DNA from: Obrimoposthia wandeli
Lineage: Eukaryota
Length of the DNA stretch: 64,000 nucleotides
Reading direction: 5' to 3'
Assembly: GCA_977020255.1 (NCBI GenBank)
Contig: CDROCS010000985.1
Coordinates: forward strand, 1-64,000
Shown in pieces: positions 63,344-64,000 of the stretch (the stretch's first letter is position 1; the number at the start of each line of letters is the position of its first letter). A model generated the notes under the pieces. The model saw only the letters and a list, made by a program, of their open reading frames with translations, had not been told where the DNA came from and did no database searches. Position numbers and translations under genes: made by a program.

Positions 63344-64000
63344 ATGGCGAAGGCGACTAAGTATATTTCAAAGGTTGCAGACGAGAAGGGCAATATTGCC
63401 TGGTCTGCAGAAGAAAACGAAACTTGGCAAGCATTAATCACACGCCAACTTTCAACGGTTCAAGACACCGCGTGTGATGAATTTATTGAAGGATTGGGCA
63501 TACTTAATTTACCTCAAGACCGTATTCCACAATTAGAAGAAGTGAGCACGGTACTCAGAGCAACGACGGGCTGGAGCTGTGAACCGGTTCCTGCACTTAT
63601 CGGTTTTGGTGAGTTTTTCCGCTTACTGTCAGAAAAAAAATTCCCTGTTGCGACCTTTATTCGTTCAAAAGAAGAATTCGATTACTTGCAAGAGCCTGAT
63701 ATTTTTCATGAAATATACGGTCATTGTCCATTGCTGACCAATGAGTCTTTCGCTAACTATACACAAGCTTATGGCATGATGGGCTTGAATGCTTCGAAGG
63801 AAGACCGCGTATTTTTAGCTCGACTTTACTGGTTTACTGTCGAGTTTGGCTTACTCAATACGCCAAAAGGTTTACGTGTTTATGGTGGTGGTATTTTATC
63901 TTCACCAAGTGAAACAGAGTACGCCTTGAACGACGAGAATGTCGAAAGAAAGCCTCTCGACGTTTTAGATGTTTTAAGAACTCAATATCGCATCGATATC
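63344..64000 (+). CDS. phhA: Phenylalanine 4-monooxygenase, 5' part (runs off the window; not in the ORF track)
   Basis: Open frame from ATG 63344: MAKATKYISK...YLQEPDIFHEIYGHCPLL...RLYWFTVEFGL...YGGGILSS. Confidence 0.96.
   Translation, partial: MAKATKYISKVADEKGNIAWSAEENETWQALITRQLSTVQDTACDEFIEGLGILNLPQDRIPQLEEVSTVLRATTGWSCEPVPALIGFGEFFRLLSEKKFPVATFIRSKEEFDYLQEPDIFHEIYGHCPLLTNESFANYTQAYGMMGLNASKEDRVFLARLYWFTVEFGLLNTPKGLRVYGGGILSSPSETEYALNDENVERKPLDVLDVLRTQYRIDI

Noticed and set aside
1-64000. rRNA, tRNA, integrase or intact transposase genes
   Set aside because: None recognised by eye; tRNAscan-SE and HMM searches would be needed to exclude weak cases.

Overview
AT-rich marine gammaproteobacterial chromosome segment. 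Gene order and protein sequences suggest Colwelliaceae (Colwellia/Thalassotalea-like); this is inference. The first ~3.2 kb is the accessory part: a decaying integron gene-cassette array with no integrase in the window. Three cassettes have recognisable GTT start boxes. It has been invaded by (i) a 177-bp MITE sitting exactly in the GTT core of an attC site with a GTT duplication, plus a second end of the same element at another GTT core, (ii) short REP-like inverted motifs at points where attC arms break off, and (iii) a transposase-less IS1111-like right end whose internal 8-mers match its own terminus and its flank with a 2-nt overlap, as expected for a bridge/seek RNA. The rest is mostly core genome: mnmC (frameshifted)/fabB, pdxB-asd-fimV (very long acidic tandem repeats, frame break)-truA-accD-folC-dedD-cvpA-purF, a VPS10/BNR-repeat protein, alkA-ogt separated by a heptamer-built cruciform repeat, an orphan sensor kinase, a DUF1538x2/P-II/CBS module, a hydroxyproline catabolic cluster with a GntR operator, SulP, paired amidohydrolases, a diguanylate cyclase, mutH/rppH-ptsP-tauE-thyA (no lgt), sapABCDF, pspF/pspABC, ycjXF and the 5' part of phhA. 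No rRNA, tRNA or CRISPR array was recognised. All calls are by eye; no searches were run.
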